Shown in pieces: positions 60,581 through 64,000 of a DNA stretch of 64,000 bases. The stretch's first letter is position 1. The number at the start of each line of letters is the position of its first letter. A program made the position numbers and the translations under genes. Under the pieces are notes generated by a model. That model saw only the letters and a program-made list of their open reading frames with translations. It had not been told where the DNA came from and made no database searches. Source of the stretch: Phormidesmis sp. (GTDB taxonomy: Bacteria; Cyanobacteriota; Cyanobacteriia; Leptolyngbyales; Leptolyngbyaceae); NCBI GenBank assembly GCA_965248535.1, contig CBDFJR010000005.1, positions 480,001 through 544,000 of the forward strand, given 5' to 3'.

Positions 60581-60892
60581 ATAAATCCGTCTGCCGATCT
60601 CCAGCAGGAAGCAACTAATGTGCTGCTAAGACTATCACAGGTTGATTGACCTAAAATTCGTCACTAGCCTCGATCGCAATCTCCACAGCCCAGCTTCACC
60701 TTTTGACGGCTCACAAAATATTCGGCCCTTTCTTCGTTTTAACGATTAGACTATATGTAGTCGTAATGACTTCGTTTTGGTAGCTGCGAGTTTCCTTGCT
60801 GTTGACATAGGCAACTTTGCTCTAATTTTCGCAAACTGAAGCGTGAGTCCTTCATTCAAATAGCTATTAATCACACAAAGGAAGACTTAATC

Positions 60893-61438
60893 ATGGTGAA
60901 AATCGTTGCGATCGGAGGAAGCCTACGATCGGGTTCCTCCACCTATCTCGCCCTTCAGCAAGCCGTCGATCGTCTCACCGCTTTGGGTGCTGAGGTCACA
61001 CTGCTGGATTTGCGAACGATGAATCTGCCATTCTGCGATGGCGGCGATGACTATTCGGGTTATCCCGATGTTAAGCGCCTGCAAAATGCCGTTAAAGCCG
61101 CAGACGCGATCGTGCTCGCCAGCCCCGAATATCACGGCAGCGTCAGCGGAGTGCTAAAAAACGCCCTCGATTTGATGGGCTTTGAAGAGATGGCAGGCAA
61201 AGTCACTGGGCTAATCAGCGTCTTAGGCGGGCAGGCAAACAGCAACGCCCTCAACGATCTGCGCTTAATTATGCGGTGGGTGAATGCGTGGGTAATTCCT
61301 GAACAAATTGGCATCGCGCAGGCATGGCAAGCCTTTGACGACGATGGCAAACTTTTGGATGAAAAACTCGCCCAACGCTTCGATCGCTTCGCCCAAAGCC
61401 TAGTTGACAACACTCGCAAGCTGCGCGGCGTAAATTAA
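60893..61438 (+). CDS. NADPH-dependent FMN reductase
   Basis: GSLR.GS, SPEYHGSVSGVLKNALD. Confidence 0.92.
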   Translation: MVKIVAIGGSLRSGSSTYLALQQAVDRLTALGAEVTLLDLRTMNLPFCDGGDDYSGYPDVKRLQNAVKAADAIVLASPEYHGSVSGVLKNALDLMGFEEMAGKVTGLISVLGGQANSNALNDLRLIMRWVNAWVIPEQIGIAQAWQAFDDDGKLLDEKLAQRFDRFAQSLVDNTRKLRGVN

Positions 61439-61466
61439 AGATAGGTTAAATTCAGGAGTTTTTAAG

Positions 61467-63287
61467 ATGACTGCATCGATCGTAGTTTCCCCCAATTCAA
61501 ATCTATCCGACAGCCCGCAAGAGTGGGATTTGTCTGATCTCTATCAAGGTTTCGGCGACCCCAAATTAGCGCAGGATTTAGACAGTCTGCAAACAGAGGC
61601 AGCAGCATTTCGCCACCAGTTTCGTGGTCAGGTCACCACGTTAACGCCCGATCAGCTAGCGGCGTGTTTTAAACGATTGGAAGCGATCGCTGAAAAATCT
61701 GGCTATCTCTACTCATTTCCCTCGCTGATCTTCTGTGCCGACACTCGCAACACCGAGGCAAAACAGTTTCTAGACAACGTGATGGAGGCGCTGACAGGAG
61801 TCGAAAACCAGCTTTTGTTCTTTGACTTAGAGTTGCAAAAACTAGAGGCTGGGCAGTTCGTCACTCTCCAAACCTCAGCCGTTTTAGAACCTTATCGCCA
61901 CTATTTAAGTCAGATTGCAAAATATCGTCTGCACACGCTGTCTGAAGACGTTGAGCAGACTCGCAATCAAGACAGTTTGACGGGGCGACAGGCATTTATC
62001 CAACTGCGATCGGTTCACCTCGGTGAGCAAACCTACCAACCTGTCACGACTCCCGACGGCAAAACGGCCATCACCGAAGCCGACCTAGGCGCGTTGCTCT
62101 TTCACCCAAACGCAGAGACTCGCTACGCCGCTTATCAGTCAGTTCGCCAGGTGATGAATCAGCACAACTCTCTCTATGGCTTCATCTTGAGCACAGTGGC
62201 CCAAGATCACAAGATCGAGAACCAGATGCGAAGCTATGACTCAACGTTGCACAAGCAATTGCTCGCCGATGAAGTCTCAGAGCCAGTGTTTCGCGCCATT
62301 ATGGAAGGCACTCACAGTCGCTTTGATTTGTTCCAGCGATATTATCGGCTCAAGGGAGCAGCCATTGGTCAAAAAATTCGCACCTGTGACGTGTATGCAC
62401 CTTGGACAACAGGCAATGAGCAAATCGCTCCAATCCCCTATAAAGCGGGAGTTGAGACCCTAATAGCTGCCTTAGATCAGTTTGATGCCAACTATGCCCG
62501 TCGAGCCGAGGAATTCTTTTTGAAAAACTGGGTCGATGCTAAAGTTCGGCAGGGTAAGCAGGGCGGAGCGTTTTGCAACTATATCTACGGCAAACACAGC
62601 TATTTGTTGCTTTCTTACACCGACGACTACAACTCGCTGTTTACCCTTGCTCACGAGATGGGGCACGGGCTGCACTTTGCGTGGATCGACGATCGCCAAA
62701 CCTATTTCAACAGCAATCCGCCGATGGTGCTGGCAGAAATCGCTTCGACATTCAATGAGTTGTTGTTATTGGATTATTTACTCAAACAGGCAAAAGACGA
62801 CAAAGCGTTAACAAAATCTCTGATTACTCGCCAATTGGAAGATCAGCTAAGTCTGCTGTTTCGGCAGAGCACGATTAGCCGATTAGAGTTGGCGGTGCAC
62901 GATCGGGCGACTCAGGGCAGTTTTAACCACGAGTTTGTCAATAAAGAGTGGACAAAACTCTATCAAGAACTCTGCGGCGATGCGGTAGAAGTGCTACCCG
63001 AACATCAATATGACTGGGCGCGAATTGGACACATTTATTTCAAGCCGTTTTATTGCTATCAATACACCGCGTCGAATATCGTCAGCTTGGCGTGCTACCA
63101 AAAATATCTTGAAGTCGGCAAAGAGTTCATTCCTGGCTATCTAGAGCTATTGGCGGCTGGCGGCAGCATCGATCAAGTGACTGCCCTGCGTCAATATGTC
63201 GGGGTTGACCTTGAAGATCCTGAGACAATTCGCGGGGCGTTGACTTATGTTGAAAAATTGTTAGACCAACTTCAATCAACGCTTTAG
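61467..63287 (+). CDS. pepF: Oligoendopeptidase F (M3B)
   Basis: WDLSDLY, GKQGGAFC, TLAHEMGH, LAEIASTFNE, WARIGH, FYCYQY. Confidence 0.92.
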   Translation: MTASIVVSPNSNLSDSPQEWDLSDLYQGFGDPKLAQDLDSLQTEAAAFRHQFRGQVTTLTPDQLAACFKRLEAIAEKSGYLYSFPSLIFCADTRNTEAKQFLDNVMEALTGVENQLLFFDLELQKLEAGQFVTLQTSAVLEPYRHYLSQIAKYRLHTLSEDVEQTRNQDSLTGRQAFIQLRSVHLGEQTYQPVTTPDGKTAITEADLGALLFHPNAETRYAAYQSVRQVMNQHNSLYGFILSTVAQDHKIENQMRSYDSTLHKQLLADEVSEPVFRAIMEGTHSRFDLFQRYYRLKGAAIGQKIRTCDVYAPWTTGNEQIAPIPYKAGVETLIAALDQFDANYARRAEEFFLKNWVDAKVRQGKQGGAFCNYIYGKHSYLLLSYTDDYNSLFTLAHEMGHGLHFAWIDDRQTYFNSNPPMVLAEIASTFNELLLLDYLLKQAKDDKALTKSLITRQLEDQLSLLFRQSTISRLELAVHDRATQGSFNHEFVNKEWTKLYQELCGDAVEVLPEHQYDWARIGHIYFKPFYCYQYTASNIVSLACYQKYLEVGKEFIPGYLELLAAGGSIDQVTALRQYVGVDLEDPETIRGALTYVEKLLDQLQSTL

Positions 63288-63320
63288 ACTGAGCACAACA
63301 AATCTGACAATCGGTTTGGT

Positions 63321-63350
63321 AGGGATGTTTCAGAAAATGTCCCTTTCTTT
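63321..63350 (+). terminator. Terminator after pepF
   Basis: AGGGATGTTT/AAATGTCCCT stem followed by TTCTTT. Confidence 0.6.
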
Positions 63351-63570
63351 ATTTCTGGGGTTGGTCAACTTGAAGTTGTTGAAGTTGAGCGGTCGTGAGT
63401 CCAGTCACTTCGGCGATCGTCTTTAAAGGAAGGGTTTTCTGGATCAGATTGAGCGCGATCGCCTGCCGCTCTTCTTGTCGAACTTTCTGTGTAACTTTTT
63501 GGATAACTCGCTGCTCAATGCGCTCCTCGGTCTGCTGTTCCCACGCTAAAAATGCTTCCGATAGGGCTAT
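63349..63570 (-). pseudogene. Orphan Rpn/PD-(D/E)XK C-terminal-like frame (73 aa, ATA at start position); remnant or small gene
   Basis: Not in the ORF track. IALSEAFLAWEQQTEERIEQRVIQKVTQKVRQEERQAIALNLIQKTLPLKTIAEVTGLTTAQLQQLQVDQPQK; AGGAGG 5 nt upstream. Confidence 0.65.
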
Positions 63571-63623
63571 CAGTGCCTCCTGTCTGCTAACGTCTTAAGC
63601 GCGCATAGTTCTTTTTGCTCCTG

Positions 63624-64000
63624 TTATAGCGTTTTAGATAGTCTTCGTGACGGCTTTGCCGGGTTACTCAAAAAAGGTGGGAGAGGACAATCCAGCACAA
63701 TGACGATCGCCCTCAATAACTCAGCTTCTTGATCCGTCACAATGCTGTCTAGAAGAACGGTATAAGAACACGCCTCAACGATCGCTTGTCTTAATTTCAC
63801 CGAGGTAACACTTAGCCGACTCAAACTTTTTCTCAACTCAGCAAAACTCCAGGCAGGCGGCACGTTGGGCAGGGTTTGCTGTCCGGCTCCGGGTAGTCGA
63901 AATAAGCCCGATCGTAGCGCATAGTTAATAGACTCTGAATTGGTCTGTCCGACTCGCGCTAAGGCTGACACCACAACAATGCAATCCGACCAAACTGGGT
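63624..64000 (-). CDS. Partial CDS, C-terminus of a probable long M48-family metallopeptidase
   Basis: C-terminal D..VT..EAELLRAI...LDCPLPP block recalled from long M48 proteins; the catalytic part lies outside the window. Confidence 0.6.
   Translation of the reverse strand, partial: PVWSDCIVVVSALARVGQTNSESINYALRSGLFRLPGAGQQTLPNVPPAWSFAELRKSLSRLSVTSVKLRQAIVEACSYTVLLDSIVTDQEAELLRAIVIVLDCPLPPFLSNPAKPSRRLSKTL

Larger units (their letters stand above)
1..64000. repeat. Dispersed HIP1 octamer GCGATCGC
   Basis: Many copies throughout (about ten seen by eye in the first 5.8 kb). Confidence 0.95.

Overview
Core-chromosome segment of a cyanobacterium, probably a filamentous Leptolyngbya-like form (inference). 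Evidence: frequent HIP1 octamers GCGATCGC, plus petB-petD, chlB, pxcA, ctpA, ycf65 and an hpsA-type pilin cluster. About 55 mostly housekeeping genes are present, including wzm/wzt, ruvB, glgB, rpmB, argD, sigE, priA, queA, ribF, pgsA, crp and pepF. No rRNA, tRNA, CRISPR array, integrase or transposase was seen. Points worth follow-up: (1) an intact site-2-protease homolog whose HExxH zinc motif reads RSLAC (candidate EGY3-like pseudo-protease); (2) an unannotated stand-alone Rpn C-terminal-like frame behind a perfect AGGAGG site with an ATA codon at the start position; (3) a five-gene hpsA-type minor-pilin operon with J-box-like motifs and no HIP1 sites seen over about 7 kb; (4) a decayed AT-rich islet bracketed by a 48-bp direct repeat of a small Cys-rich gene with mostly synonymous differences; (5) two back-to-back CTAG-bounded MITE-like elements; (6) three conserved genes broken by single lesions, which may be sequencing errors. 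I did not find a clearly new multi-gene system. Family assignments come from recognising motifs by eye and from memory, not from database searches.
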